From Octopus sinensis (Eukaryota): 64,000 nt of DNA. A model generated the notes under the pieces. The model searched no databases and was not told the origin of the DNA. It worked only from the letters and a program-made list of their open reading frames with translations. How positions within the stretch are numbered: position 1 is the stretch's first letter; every line of letters starts with the position of its first letter. A program made the position numbers and the translations under genes. The stretch spans positions 152,768,001 to 152,832,000 of the forward strand of contig NC_042999.1 of the NCBI RefSeq assembly GCF_006345805.1, given 5' to 3'. This document shows, piece after piece, positions 38,635 through 51,087 of the stretch.

Positions 38635-40719
38635 TTAGTCACATGTGGGCATGATCCGAAAAGCTCTGTCCTTGTTTAGACATGTGGTAGGGTCTAAGCT
38701 GCTTTTCCAGATAAGCCATCTCTCCATGTCGCATAAACCGCACCTTCCGCTGCCGTTAGTGTAGGGCTTACATATGGCCAAAATCTTCCATTGTATGTTA
38801 TAATCGACACCTTTATCTCTTAAAGACCAAATATGATTGGATAATTGTGTCGCTTTTCTTTTGTTCCAGTGCCTAAAGCTCAAAGTGTGGTTATTGAACC
38901 TGGCCTTGAAATTACCCTCTGTCAGGCCCACGTATTTCTTCGTCGAAACGGTGTCTTTAGTGGTTATAGAGTTTACGGTAGCTTCATATATGATGGTCTT
39001 GGACATGCAAGCTCCATTTAGCGGGCACAATTCTTTATTCCTGCATGAACAGCTGTTTTCTTCTTGTGTTTTTTGTATGTTATGATTGATTATGTTTTTA
39101 AAATTGGTAGTTGAACTAAAACTAATTTTTAAATTGTGTCTATTGAAGAGTTTCCTATAAGCATGGTTAACTGGAAAATGTCTATCTATCAGTGCTAGGA
39201 AATATTTACCTATATTGAAGGCCACCTCGGGTGAGTAAGGGGGTGTAAACCAGATGACCTTCCTATTTCTATTATTCCTTTTCCTTACTGTTGGGCTGGT
39301 GATAGGTGTATATTTTATTTTTTCGCTAAAACCACTATCTTTTAAAGCTTTATTATAAACTGGGGCAACGCTATTGAAGATGTCCTCATTAGATGAGAGG
39401 CTAGAAATCCTCTTACTAATATTTTTAACTAAATTTTTGAATACTATAGGGGGATGGCATGAACCTACATTAATATAACTTAGTCTATCATTGGGCTTCG
39501 TATAAGGCTTATAAATATTATTATTAAGATCTAAGGAAACGTCTAAGAAATTGACAACCGTCAGGTTAGTGTCTATAGTTATACTAAGTCCGAAGTGTTT
39601 CATTAACTGGATAATATCCTTCCTAAAACGATCTTGTGCTGGTCCATTTGTATTAGCTGTTAAGGCGAGGGCATCATCTTTGTAGATGGCGAAATGTACG
39701 TTAGGAAATGTCTTAACGAAGGTATCTAGGAGAAAGAGTCCAATTAGATCACAGATGCCTGCCCCATCATATGAACCCATGCTCACATCGAAAGCGCCCT
39801 CCGTGTCGGTGTTTTTTACCCACTTTGCATTCTCACTGAAAAGTAATGTCTTTCTAGCATGGAAGATTATATCCTTATCATTGGTACTAATTTCTATGAA
39901 GTTACTAGCGAAGATTAGGGCTTTATCTAGCAGTTCTTTAGAGATAGAGGCATAAAAATCAACAATATCGAATTGTGTAAACCTCGCTTTTTTCTTATTC
40001 TTAATAGCTTTAAACCAGTCTACGACTTCTATACTATTGGACCATTGCACTAGCCTAGTATCGGTCTTAATTTTCGTATTTATTTTATCTAAAATTTCTT
40101 TGCTAATAATCCCTAGTTCTGACTTGGCTGGGTTGATAAGCCTACATTTAGGGTTGGAAAGGAAGTTTTCTTTGTGATCTTTAATAGTAATAAAGGCCTC
40201 TTTTTGGGGGAGGGTTTCTATTTTTTTATCTAATTTAAGTTTAGCGGCGATGACGCTAGCTTCTTTATTAATTTCGTTATATGTCTGTGCCCTAGCCTTA
40301 GTATAATTATTAGTAATGCTGTTGTGTAAGAGTTGTGTGTATTTGCTGTTATCTACCAGGTATAAGTTCTTGGTTTTATCCGAAAAAAGTGCTTTTTTCT
40401 TGGAGCTTTTTATATGATCAATATCTTTTTTCAATTTATGTTGGAAATTGTTAAAAGACTTACGAAACTTTATTTTGCTCATGATCTTCAGCAGGTCCGC
40501 TTCGAAATCTTCCAAGCCTTTAATCCTAGGAGGGAATTTTTTGGATTTTATCCGATAGAAAATATTTTCCTTGGTGTTCGCTTCTGTGTCAAAAAAGAAA
40601 GCCTTCCATCTCATACGCTTAATTACATCAGTAATTTTTTGCAGAAGTTTCTTAGAGTAAAAATCCTTTGATGGGATCGGTATATTTTTCATAGAATATA
40701 CTATGTGATATGCGTCCAT
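38635..40719 (-). CDS. Penelope-like reverse transcriptase plus GIY-YIG endonuclease, probably Naiad clade; 2-nt deletion near the C-terminus
   Basis: 694 aa. N-terminal YSMKNIPIP; RT motifs QFDIVDFY, SMGSYDGAG and YKDD (39673-39684), NFLDV; CSCRNKELC (CxCx5C); IIY...YVG endonuclease; CGLCDME. A frameshift at about 38675 removes the ELFGSCPH...FLL tail that is present in the inverted copy. Confidence 0.93.
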   Translation of the reverse strand: MDAYHIVYSMKNIPIPSKDFYSKKLLQKITDVIKRMRWKAFFFDTEANTKENIFYRIKSKKFPPRIKGLEDFEADLLKIMSKIKFRKSFNNFQHKLKKDIDHIKSSKKKALFSDKTKNLYLVDNSKYTQLLHNSITNNYTKARAQTYNEINKEASVIAAKLKLDKKIETLPQKEAFITIKDHKENFLSNPKCRLINPAKSELGIISKEILDKINTKIKTDTRLVQWSNSIEVVDWFKAIKNKKKARFTQFDIVDFYASISKELLDKALIFASNFIEISTNDKDIIFHARKTLLFSENAKWVKNTDTEGAFDVSMGSYDGAGICDLIGLFLLDTFVKTFPNVHFAIYKDDALALTANTNGPAQDRFRKDIIQLMKHFGLSITIDTNLTVVNFLDVSLDLNNNIYKPYTKPNDRLSYINVGSCHPPIVFKNLVKNISKRISSLSSNEDIFNSVAPVYNKALKDSGFSEKIKYTPITSPTVRKRNNRNRKVIWFTPPYSPEVAFNIGKYFLALIDRHFPVNHAYRKLFNRHNLKISFSSTTNFKNIINHNIQKTQEENSCSCRNKELCPLNGACMSKTIIYEATVNSITTKDTVSTKKYVGLTEGNFKARFNNHTLSFRHWNKRKATQLSNHIWSLRDKGVDYNIQWKILAICKPYTNGSGRCGLCDMERWLIWKSSLDPTTCLNKDRAFRIMPTCD

Positions 40720-40877
40720 ATTAGATTCTTTTGTTTGTGAGAGTCCTCAACCGATGTTAGGCGATAATCCCAAAAAGGTCGTATTAGCTCTTAGTTGAGA
40801 ATAACGTCGTCCGGGAGGTGATTTATTGATAAAACGGTAAGATAACAAAAGAAAGAAAGAGACCTCAATATTATTTA

Positions 40878-41774
40878 GATAGACTAAGTTATATTAATGT
40901 AGGTTCATGCCATCCCCCTATAGTATTCAAAAATTTAGTTAAAAATATTAGTAAGAGGATTTCTAGCCTCTCATCTAATGAGGACATCTTCAATAGCGTT
41001 GCCCCAGTTTATAATAAAGCTTTAAAAGATAGTGGTTTTAGCGAAAAAATAAAATATACACCCATCACCAGCCCAACAGTAAGGAAAAGGAATAATAGAA
41101 ATAGGAAAGTCATCTGGTTTACACCCCCTTACTCACCCGAGGTGGCCTTCAATATAGGTAAATATTTCCTAGCACTGATAGATAGACATTTTCCAGTTAA
41201 CCATGCTTATAGGAAACTCTTCAATAGACACAATTTAAAAATTAGTTTTAGTTCAACTACCAATTTTAAAAACATAATCAATCATAACATACAAAAAACA
41301 CAAGAAGAAAACAGCTGTTCATGCAGGAATAAAGAATTGTGCCCGCTAAATGGAGCTTGCATGTCCAAGACCATCATATATGAAGCTACCGTAAACTCTA
41401 TAACCACTAAAGACACCGTTTCGACGAAGAAATACGTGGGCCTGACAGAGGGTAATTTCAAGGCCAGGTTCAATAACCACACTTTGAGCTTTAGGCACTG
41501 GAACAAAAGAAAAGCGACACAATTATCCAATCATATTTGGTCTTTAAGAGATAAAGGTGTCGATTATAACATACAATGGAAGATTTTGGCCATATGTAAG
41601 CCCTACACTAACGGCAGCGGAAGGTGCGGTTTATGCGACATGGAGAGATGGCTTATCTGGAAAAGCAGCTTAGACCCTACCACATGTCTAAATACAAGGA
41701 CAGAGCTTTTCGGATCATGCCCACATGTGACTAAATTTCTGTTACGTTTTTGGTCCCCTAAAGAAAACGGATAG
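40878..41774 (+). pseudogene. 5'-truncated inverted copy: RT thumb plus complete GIY-YIG C-terminus
   Basis: ORF 41142-41774 is identical in protein to the minus copy through TTCLN, then continues TRTELFGSCPHVTKFLL. Confidence 0.9.
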
Positions 41775-41968
41775 AACATGCTTTCTGTGTTATGTCCCAA
41801 GAAGATTTTATATATTTTTATATATTTTTATATATTTTTATGTATTTTTATATAATTTTTATGACGAAAAATGCGAGCGATGTATAAGTACGCAGGCAAA
41901 GCAGAGTTATAACAGAGTAATTTCCCTTCATTTTTAACGGTATTTTTTCATAACGTTTTCAAATAGCC

Positions 41969-42031
41969 AGATAACCGAAGAGATGGTGTTGTGGATTTCC
42001 ACTTCGGCATCTGAAACTCAGAGTTTTATCT
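41969..42031 (+). ncRNA. pLTR hammerhead-like motif with CCGAAGA core (mirror copy 38338-38400 minus)
   Basis: AGATAA CCGAAGA GATG...CATC T GAA ACTC A GAGT T TTATCT. 6-bp stem I and palindromic stem III; atypical U4C change, an extra U before G12, and a GUU site. Confidence 0.6.
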
Positions 42032-42173
42032 TGACTACCGAGTAATGTAACATATTGTATAGATAAATTTCCTCTATTTACATAATATTGAGGTCTCTTT
42101 CTTTCTTTTGTTATCTTACCGTTTTATCAATATATATATATATATATATATAATATATATATATATTATATAT

Positions 42174-42537
42174 AATTAAATATGAGGGTGTCTAAAAGAC
42201 ACCAACATGCCGAAATGGCAGTCGAAACTCTGACTATAAAACCACGTTAAATGTTCATATCGCACCATGAGGTAATGATTTAATAAAGGATATACTCCAA
42301 GCGAAACTAAACAATATCATACGTGCCAGACTCTTCAATAGCATGATGACGGTAAAGCTTATCTAAAGCAGAACCAGAAATCCTTGGATCTTGAATTATT
42401 CAATAATTTTTGCTTGTATGTTTTGTCCCTCCGCTTTACCTCATGGTGCGATATGAACATTTAACGTGGTTTTATAGTCAGAGTTTCGACTGCTATTTCG
42501 GCATGTTGGTGTCTTTTAGACACCCTCATTTTTAATT
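42174..42537. repeat. Fold-back element with 102-bp arms and a captured RTE fragment in the spacer
   Basis: Arms 42174-42275 and 42436-42537 match at 100/102. Bases 42273-42340 match 34035-34102 at 67/68. Confidence 0.85.
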
Positions 42538-42689
42538 GTTAAAAATTTTTTTACCTTTGTAAGGTATTTCCTTCATGCCGGCCACTTGATAATTTCGACA
42601 CTTAAATATCGATATTATCCTCATATATAAATTTATATATATATATATATATATACATACATACATACATACATACATACATACATACA

Positions 42690-42720
<31 letters not shown>

Positions 42721-43022
42721 CCAGAGGTAATGCAGTACGATCGTTTCAAGCGACTCCATTTAAACGATCGTACTGTATTACCTCTAGATATCCTGTTGCT
42801 TATTTTGATTTTAATCACCTTATTTTGAAACTGTATGGATAATACAGTACTAAATTCTGATGCCTCAACTTAAGTACCTAATTCATCTAAATCTAAATAT
42901 TTGATATACATACATACATATATATAGTAACGTGTGTTTTTGTGCATGTGTATATGTATATATATACTCACATACCTATACACACATATACAAAAGATAT
43001 GTATATATATATATATATATAT

Positions 43023-43076
<54 letters not shown>

Positions 43077-44004
43077 CATAGATATATAAATATGCATAAC
43101 TATATATATGCCTTTGTATGTATATATGAATATATATTCATATATATATTTAAGTGTGTATACACACTCACACACACATAATGTGTTTCGTCATATGTGA
43201 CAGGAAATATGTATATATATATATATTATAATATTTTTTTATATATATTTTTTATATTATTATATACTTTTTCACCTAGATAAATGATAAAACACAGCCT
43301 ATTCCGTGAGATTAAATTCTTTTATATCGTAACAAAGCTAAACGAAGAGAACTGTTGCACCCGCACTAAACGAAAAAGAAAAAAAATGAAAAAAAAAGTA
43401 TTATAAATATAAATATATATCCTATAAGAAACCTGAAATATCTACCACACAGAATTCTTGTTTTTTGTGTATCGTAGTACAGGTTTAATAGAAATATAGC
43501 GGAAATTTCTGGAAGGAAAATATTACACAAGACAAAACAATAACATCAGGCGAGATTTAATTAAAGTTCGATTGTAATGAAATTTTGTGAAACCGGAAAG
43601 GCATCGTTGTGCTTCTATGTACCTATGTATGATTGTATGTATATATGTGTGTTGGAATGTATGAATGTAAGAGTGTGTTATGTATGTGTGTGGTGTGTGT
43701 GTGAATGTGCTTAAGTTTGGATGTATGAATGTATGTGTGAACGTATGTATCTATGTATGAATGTATATATGTATATGTGCGTGTATGAACCTATGGAGGT
43801 ATATATATATATACCTGTGTATGTGTGTATAAATACATGCATACATATATTTTTGTACACAGATACAGCCGTAAATGTAAATAGGCATGTATATACATAC
43901 ATGCATATACATGCACATACACTGTACACACATATATATATGTATATACATGTATATATATAATATATGTATATATATATACATATACATACATAAATAT
44001 ATAC

Positions 44005-44039
<35 letters not shown>

Positions 44040-44099
44040 ATATATTATATATACACACATACGTATATATATATATATATTATATATATATATATATAT

Positions 44100-44131
<32 letters not shown>

Positions 44132-44783
44132 ATATATTATATATATATATATATAATATATTATATATATATAAGTGAGCGATGAAAATAATGATTTAAG
44201 AATAAAATTGTATTTTTTTTTTATTCTTGTTTTGAAATCAGAATTTACCAAAAGATCATGTATTCAACACTGCTTATCACATTAAGTATAATGGAAAAGT
44301 TCTCTTTAAATTCCTGCAGGAACTTACTTCAAAACCTACCGGAAGTTGTGTAGTAGAAAGGAAAAAAAGTGAAGAAATAGAAGACGCGAAAACAAGAAAA
44401 AAAAGCATAAATAAAAGTTACCCAGAAAAACTATAAAAGCAAAAAAAAAAACGCAATCCATTATAGGCAATCACACATACGTACATATATGCACGCACAT
44501 ACACACGCTTATACGCACACACACACACACGCACGCGCATGTGCAGATGTAGACGTTTGCAACTTTAAATTTGCTTTAAATACCACCAAGTGGAAATTTG
44601 CAGAGTTATTTAATTAAAAACGAACGCATAAGATAAAGAACAACAATGATAAATGCAAATATAATTAAATAAAAGAATTAGATATGTGTATGTTTGTGTG
44701 TGTGAGCGTGCGCGTGTACGTATGTATTTATATATATACACACATTTATATATATATTTATATATATATTTATATATATACAC

Positions 44784-45013
44784 AGCGGCGAGCTGGCAGA
44801 AACGTTAGCACACCGGGCGAAATGCTTAGCGGTATTGCGTCTGTCGTTGCGTTCTGAGTTCAAATTCCGCCGAGGTCGACTTTGCCTTTCATCCTTTCGG
44901 GGTCGATAAATTAAGTACCAGTTACGCACTGGGGTCGATGTAATCGACTTAATCCGTTTGTCTGTCCTTGTTTGTCCCCTCTATGTTTAGCCCCTTTGTG
45001 GGTAGTAAAGAAA
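44784..45013 (+). mobile_element. OR2-like SINE, full length
   Basis: GCGGCGAGCTGGCAGAAACG head, GAGTTCAAATTCC B-box, GGGTAGTAAAGAAA tail. Confidence 0.9.
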
Positions 45014-45689
45014 CATATATACACACATATATACATATCTATCTGTCTTTCTAGCTATATATGTGTGTGTGTGGGGGGGGTTTCTTTGGTTTGTTGGGTT
45101 TTTTTCACAAACAACACTTATTTTAGTGCTGCTGACACCACCGGACTGAATGGTATTGCTCAGGTGCCGAAACCATAATGATTTCTGTGGGGCAGCTGAT
45201 GAAGTAGGCATGTCGGATTGTTGGTATGAATGTGGAATAGTATTTTAACACACACTTTTGATACTACATAATACATACATACATGCATAAATACATATAT
45301 ACATACATACATACATACATACATACATACATACATACACACATACATACATACATACATACATACATACATACATACATACATACATGGGGACATTGAT
45401 ACATACATACACATATACAAAATACAAAATTTACTGCAGAAGAAAAATCACCCCATGGTCTATATCCTGTGAGGTTCAATAGAGAGAAAATAAGCCGAAG
45501 TGAAACGCAAATGTAGCTTCAATGATTGGGTCCACAAGGTCAAAACAACTTTTGACCTAACCTAATCTGTCACAGAAAGAATCTTCATATTGAGGAGCTT
45601 GGATCTGCTGCCACCTAGACCCCGACGGATAGTATCCTCTATCCACTGGGGTTCAGTTCCGGGCGGCAAACCACAGACCCAGGCCCTCG

Positions 45690-45929
45690 TTAATTTTTCC
45701 CACAAGTGGGAAGAAACAAAATTTCTTTACCTTCAACGGGCTGGCTCACAAAAATGGTTGGCAGATGTTCCGCCAACTCCTGCTCAGTCATCTGCTTGGA
45801 GAAGGCGGAAATGGTGTCGAGAACCTTCGAATACGTTTTCAACACCACCGTCCTCTTCTCTTGCTGTTTTAGCCACTCCTTAGGTGGAACCATCCTCCAC
45901 TCTACAATCTTATCCGTATTTTTTGTCAC
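45690..45929 (-). pseudogene. Possible non-LTR retrotransposon ORF1 N-terminal fragment
   Basis: Non-repetitive 79-aa ORF (…KRTVVLKTYSKVLDTI…) downstream of a T-rich leader on the minus strand. No diagnostic motif; resemblance to L1/Tx1 ORF1 is an impression only. Confidence 0.3.
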
Positions 45930-46156
45930 GTTTTAAATTAAAAAGTGAAAAATTCAAAACAATAGTTCACAAATTTCAAATAGAAAAGAGGAAAATCAAA
46001 AAGAAACAAAAGGGAAGAAGAGAAAAAGCAAACAGTTCAATAAGAGAGTCACAATAGAAGAAGAAACCAACAGTTCAACAAAACATAGCAAAAAAATATT
46101 CTGGGCATTCAGGTACTCCAAGCCCTATGGTACTCCGATTAGAACCTGGACTGCTC

Positions 46157-46438
46157 CACTTGAAATACAGCTTTCCAATTATTGGTAAACGTAGTTGTAA
46201 AAAAACACACTATTCATAAACAGCGAACAACTTTTGGTGCCAGGATACGCCACCAAACTATACTTCTCACAATGAGAAAAAAATGTTCACTTAATGTGAA
46301 CACTTGAAATACAGCTTTCCAATTAATGGTAAATGTTGTAAAAATATACTCTATTAAAAAATGAACTACTTTTGGTTGAAGGGTACTCCCCCAAACTGTA
46401 CTTATAATGAGATAAACATTTTCACTTAATGTGAACAA
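46157..46438. repeat. Two diverged tandem copies of a ~144-bp unit
   Basis: CACTTGAAATACAGCTTTCCAATTA at 46157 and 46301; both copies end TTCACTTAATGTGAACA. Confidence 0.8.
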
Positions 46439-47630
46439 TATTGCTGAACCGCAAGCAGACAAACATCCTGAATCCAGTGAGGACTCCTTGTTTGTAAAAA
46501 ATATAACCACAGACAACAACTCCCACTGGACCCAAGAGGCAAAAGTCTTACCTTGCAGCAGCTTCTTTTGGCAGGCTAAACATTGCCGGCTATCTTCTTC
46601 AATGCACATCACATGCCTACACTGACAACAGAGACTCATGGAAAGTAGGTTATCAAGCTACTTACCACACAGCCACTCCTGCGCCTATGTTGTTTATTGG
46701 ATGTTAATGATTCTAATTTATTCCAAATATCATATTTTTTATTTGTTCCAGCCATGCTGGGGCAGCGTCTTCAGTGTTTTAGCCAAGCAATTTGAGCCCA
46801 GAACTGATTAAAAAAAGACCAGCTACATTTTTTTTTATTCTATCGGTTTCTTTTGCCTAACTAATAATTTATGCGGATGTGAACCAACCAGCACTGGTTT
46901 TCAAGTGATGGTAAGGAACAAACACAAACATGCACACACATAAACACACATACATTTCTAACGGGCTTTAAGGCAGTTTCTGTCTGACTACTTCACTCAT
47001 AGAATATGGATCGACCAGGGAACAGGAGAGACTTGCCCAAATTACCGTGCAGTGTGGCTGAACTCGGAACCACGTGGATACGAAGTAAGCTTCTTAACCA
47101 CACAGCCATTTGTGCGCTTACCATTTATTTACAGAACTCTCATTTCCTTGGTTCGCTTCTTAGGCTATCCATAAATTATCTTTACAACTTTCACTTCTTT
47201 ATGATTTAAATTGAAACTGTAATTTATGGATACGCTGCTCTCCATTCCTATCTCGTTGATTTCTCTCTTCCAAAATGTGCTGCAGAGCATGTTAACTACA
47301 AGAGAAGAGACCTTCACTAGGGTTTCCGTTCACAGTCATGAATATAAGGCACAAGACCTTGTATGAGGGAAAGAAGTGTATCGACTACATATATCCCTTT
47401 TATTTGTACTTATTTTATTGATCCAAAGACTATGAAACGGTATTAAGACCAGAAATATATTGGTCTAGAACAATCGATTAAATGGACTCGGTACGTGCCT
47501 CTTACTTGTTTTACCGCCCCTACATCCCTAAGAATAAGAGGCAAAGTGGGTGTCGGGGGAATTCGAAGTCTTAAATAAAAAAAACGAGAAAGTAAATAAC
47601 ACAGTTTGGCATATTACATATATATTTTTT

Positions 47631-47821
47631 TCAGCCATTTGACTGCGGCCATGCTGGAGCACCGCCGATAGTCGAACAAATCGACTCTCAGACTTATTCT
47701 TTGTAAGCCTAGTACTTATTCTGTTGGTCTCTTTTGCCGAACTGCTCGTCAAGCGACGACGAGAGGGAGAAACACACACATACATACACACACACACACG
47801 CACACACACACACACGCGCAT

Positions 47822-47857
<36 letters not shown>

Positions 47858-48212
47858 GCCGTGATTGACCGCTAACTCCTAAAGTTTGTTTTATTCTCTC
47901 TGTTTTTTTCCTCGAGTTCCTTTCTGTTGAAGGGCGTAGGCTGGAAACGTGAAAGACTTTCTCACCTTCCCGAGCGTTAAACTAATACGCCTGTTTGTTG
48001 TTTATACACCTGTCTTCGTCTTTTATTTTTCTGTAAATTTCAACTGTATGTATATATATGACATGCTTCTTTCAGTTTCCACCAATAAAATCTACTCACA
48101 AGGCTTTGGTCGGCCCGAGGCCATGGTAGAAGACACTTGCCTAAGTTGCCACGCAACGAGAATGAACCCGGAACAATGTGGTTGAGAAGCAAGCTTCTTA
48201 CCGCACAGCTAC
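47631..48212 (-). mobile_element. OK-like SINE interrupted at its internal microsatellite by a GAAACGT-family hammerhead-relic repeat (~47862-48045, +)
   Basis: SINE 3' part at 47631-47760 and 5' part at 48055-48212; relic motif at 47919-47956. Confidence 0.75.
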
Positions 48213-48549
48213 GTCTACGTCTACATGTGTGCATGTGTGTGTGTGTCTGTGTGCGCGCGCGCGTGTATAATTTAACGCACACTGTATTAAGATAACGGCT
48301 ACTAATACTTTTTGCTACTGATGCAACTGGTTGGGCCAATTTTATATCGTGTCTTATATCTCCAAACAATTTTCAGGCTCTGCGCACACTGATGGGAGAT
48401 ACAAGGCACGCTCTAAAAATTTGACAATATGTCTCAATGGTAAGAATCTATAAGTAGCTATTATTCTAACACAGTGTACATTAAATGATATTTATCTCTC
48501 ACTGGCTGGAATACTTGTTTTGTTAATCCAACCTGAATGGAACAGTAAG

Positions 48550-48611
<62 letters not shown>

Positions 48612-48620
48612 ATATATATA

Positions 48621-48844
48621 TATATTCGCATAGTTACATGATTGAGCTACGTTCTTGCCTTATGTTATAGACTTTAATACATACATGTTTATATATTGTT
48701 GCGTGTGTATCGCGCGTACGTATATATACATCTAAATATATAAACATGTATATATACATATATACATACATATATATGCATACATACATACATACATACA
48801 TACAACATATATATATAAATTATAATATATATATATATATATAG

Positions 48845-48923
<79 letters not shown>

Positions 48924-49294
48924 GTTGTATATTTATGGATTGGTTATATATATATATATATACGTGTATAAATACAGATATACTTACAAACATTTATACT
49001 AATACATAACACATATATGCAAATGTTTGTATGTGTTTGTATTGTGTATACATATATATATACGCGCATATATAAAATGGTTTTTGTCTCGCAATCATCA
49101 ATTCAAATCAGACGAAGAGTAAATGTCCATCGGTATACGTATATTTATGTATGTATGTATATATATATATATATATACGTTTTTGCATCTACGTACACGC
49201 GGATACACACGCAGCTATAAACATGTATGTATTAAACAAAGTCAATAAAATAAGGCAAGAACGTAGCTCAATCATGTAACCATACGAATATATA
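48621..49294. mobile_element. Inverted-repeat element: ~75-bp arms around mostly (TA)-rich filler
   Basis: 48621-48693 versus 49216-49294 (GTTACATGATTGAGCTACGTTCTTGCCTTA core) with 4 mismatches and a 4-nt indel; embedded in (TA)n. Confidence 0.75.
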
Positions 49295-51087
49295 ATTTAA
49301 GCACCTATATATACATCCATCACTCTAACACAAATGTATGTACATAGTGATACATATGTATACAAGAAAACTGACACAAATTCATTGAGACATACCGTTA
49401 GCGAAGTAAAATGCAGACAGAAAGAGATAAAAATAATGAAAACTGCTTGAATATCTCACTGTAAATTACCAATAAGATGCAAGGAGAAAAGACCGGATAT
49501 TATTTTCTGAGACATTGAATAAAATAACATGTTGTCTGTTGTAGGACTTGGTTATCTAGCACTGATAAACATCACATCAAAAAATAAATGAGAAAAATAT
49601 AAGAATGTCTATGTACAACTAATGAAAATCTTACAGCTTCAATAAGATTTTAACTTATTAAGAGCGGGACATTTCGCTAGGAGACAAAACGTCCGTATGT
49701 TAATAATCTTTAATATTTTGAATTTATAATGGAACAATGGTATCTATTTATTGATTCTTTGCAGACGATACCTATTGTAGACGACATTTATTGTTGATAG
49801 TGGGGGGTCTGTAAAAATAATGGAAATATTTTTGAAATTTAACTTCCAATTTCTAACAATTGTTCGTCTTTTTTCTTTTGCGCCTATTTTGGAAATTAAG
49901 AACAATTAGTCCTATATCTTCGAGACAGAAGCTTGATATCTCGACAAAGATGCGCTCTTTATTCTTAAAAAATATAATACCATGAAAATATATTTTGGTT
50001 AACTAAAATTTGGTAAAATGTTATTTAGTTTTGCCAGAAGAGGGTATAATGAGATATTTTGCAGATATTCCCAAGAGCATCAATGGAATTAAACGAAATG
50101 ACTTCAAATATAAAATTGAAAAACAGATGCAATTCACTATGGACTTGCCTCCGGCTATTTTGATCGCCTAAATTAGATATAAGTTGTTAGAGAAGAAAGG
50201 CGAGATTTTCTGTGGTGGTTGTTATTGTAATGGCCAGAATGAAATCTAAAATCATTGTCAGTAAGGTTTGTATTTGGAAATGAGATAGATGAAACTAAAT
50301 AATGAGTTGTGTTTAACTCAAATCATACAAGTCTCTCCGAGAAATTCTCCGAGATAATATACTGGTTTTAAATGTTAACACAAGGCCACTTCTTACCTGG
50401 TTAGCCTTTGTTGTTTTGTTCTGCGATTTCTATATTAGACCAAGAATTTTTCATCTTAGCTTTGAACATACAACTTATTCGTCACTGAGGAGAACGCAAT
50501 TAGGTAGAAAACCCGTATCTGGCTATCTACCAGTATTCTGAGCAAAGCCCAGTGCTTTTAATAGACAAGTCTCTTTGAGAAGTTTCCCCGGCACAAAACA
50601 TTACGCCTAGAGATTTACCACGTTTATATGTGCATTGTGTGTATACCAGGTGGTATTTTAATATAATGCTGTTTATGAGTGTGTTTTTTTTTTAAATTCT
50701 AACATGGCTAACGTTTTCTAAATTGGAGCAAATATTTTCAGCTTGTGAGGCCGCCTGACCTAATGGTTAGAGCGTGACATTCACAATTGCTGCATCGTGG
50801 TTTGATTCCCGGTGTAAACGGCGCGTTGTGGTCTCGAACAAAACACTTCTTTTCAAGCTACTCCTGTCCACCCAAATATGACTAGGTAACCCTGCGACGG
50901 AATGATTTTCCGGTCAAACGGAATGTTGGTCTAGTAGCATAGCCATCGGACGGCATCATTAGAATAATCAAAACAATGCAAAGCCAGTGACCAGTGACCA
51001 GTGACCAGTGATGTATAACAACATCCAATTGGCTGGTTGATTACATCATCACATGATTTTCAGCTTGCTTCAGATCGTCCAGGATGT

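Larger units (their letters stand above)
38308..42132. mobile_element. Penelope-like retroelement: full-length minus-strand copy joined head-to-head to an inverted 5'-truncated copy
   Basis: Inverted arms 38308-39489 and 40878-42061. The minus copy begins with a ~55-nt pLTR tail (40877-40824) before the 5' leader. Both outer ends run into (TA)n. Confidence 0.95.

Noticed and set aside
38837-41800. Antisense ORFs overlapping the Penelope ORF (38837, 39686, 40414, 41282, 41603)
   Set aside because: Shadow frames of the real RT/endonuclease coding strand.
42182-42529. Mariner-type MITE reading of the 42.2-kb hairpin (TA-TGAGGGTG start)
   Set aside because: The inverted match extends beyond the putative TA and the right arm continues into a longer T-rich end, so the true termini do not fit a TA-flanked MITE.
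45163-45211. Permuted (type II-like) hammerhead: GAAACCATAATGATT...CTGATGAAGTAGGCA
   Set aside because: Stem III has a mismatch, stem I is only 3 bp and stem II is displaced by 4 nt; plausible by chance.
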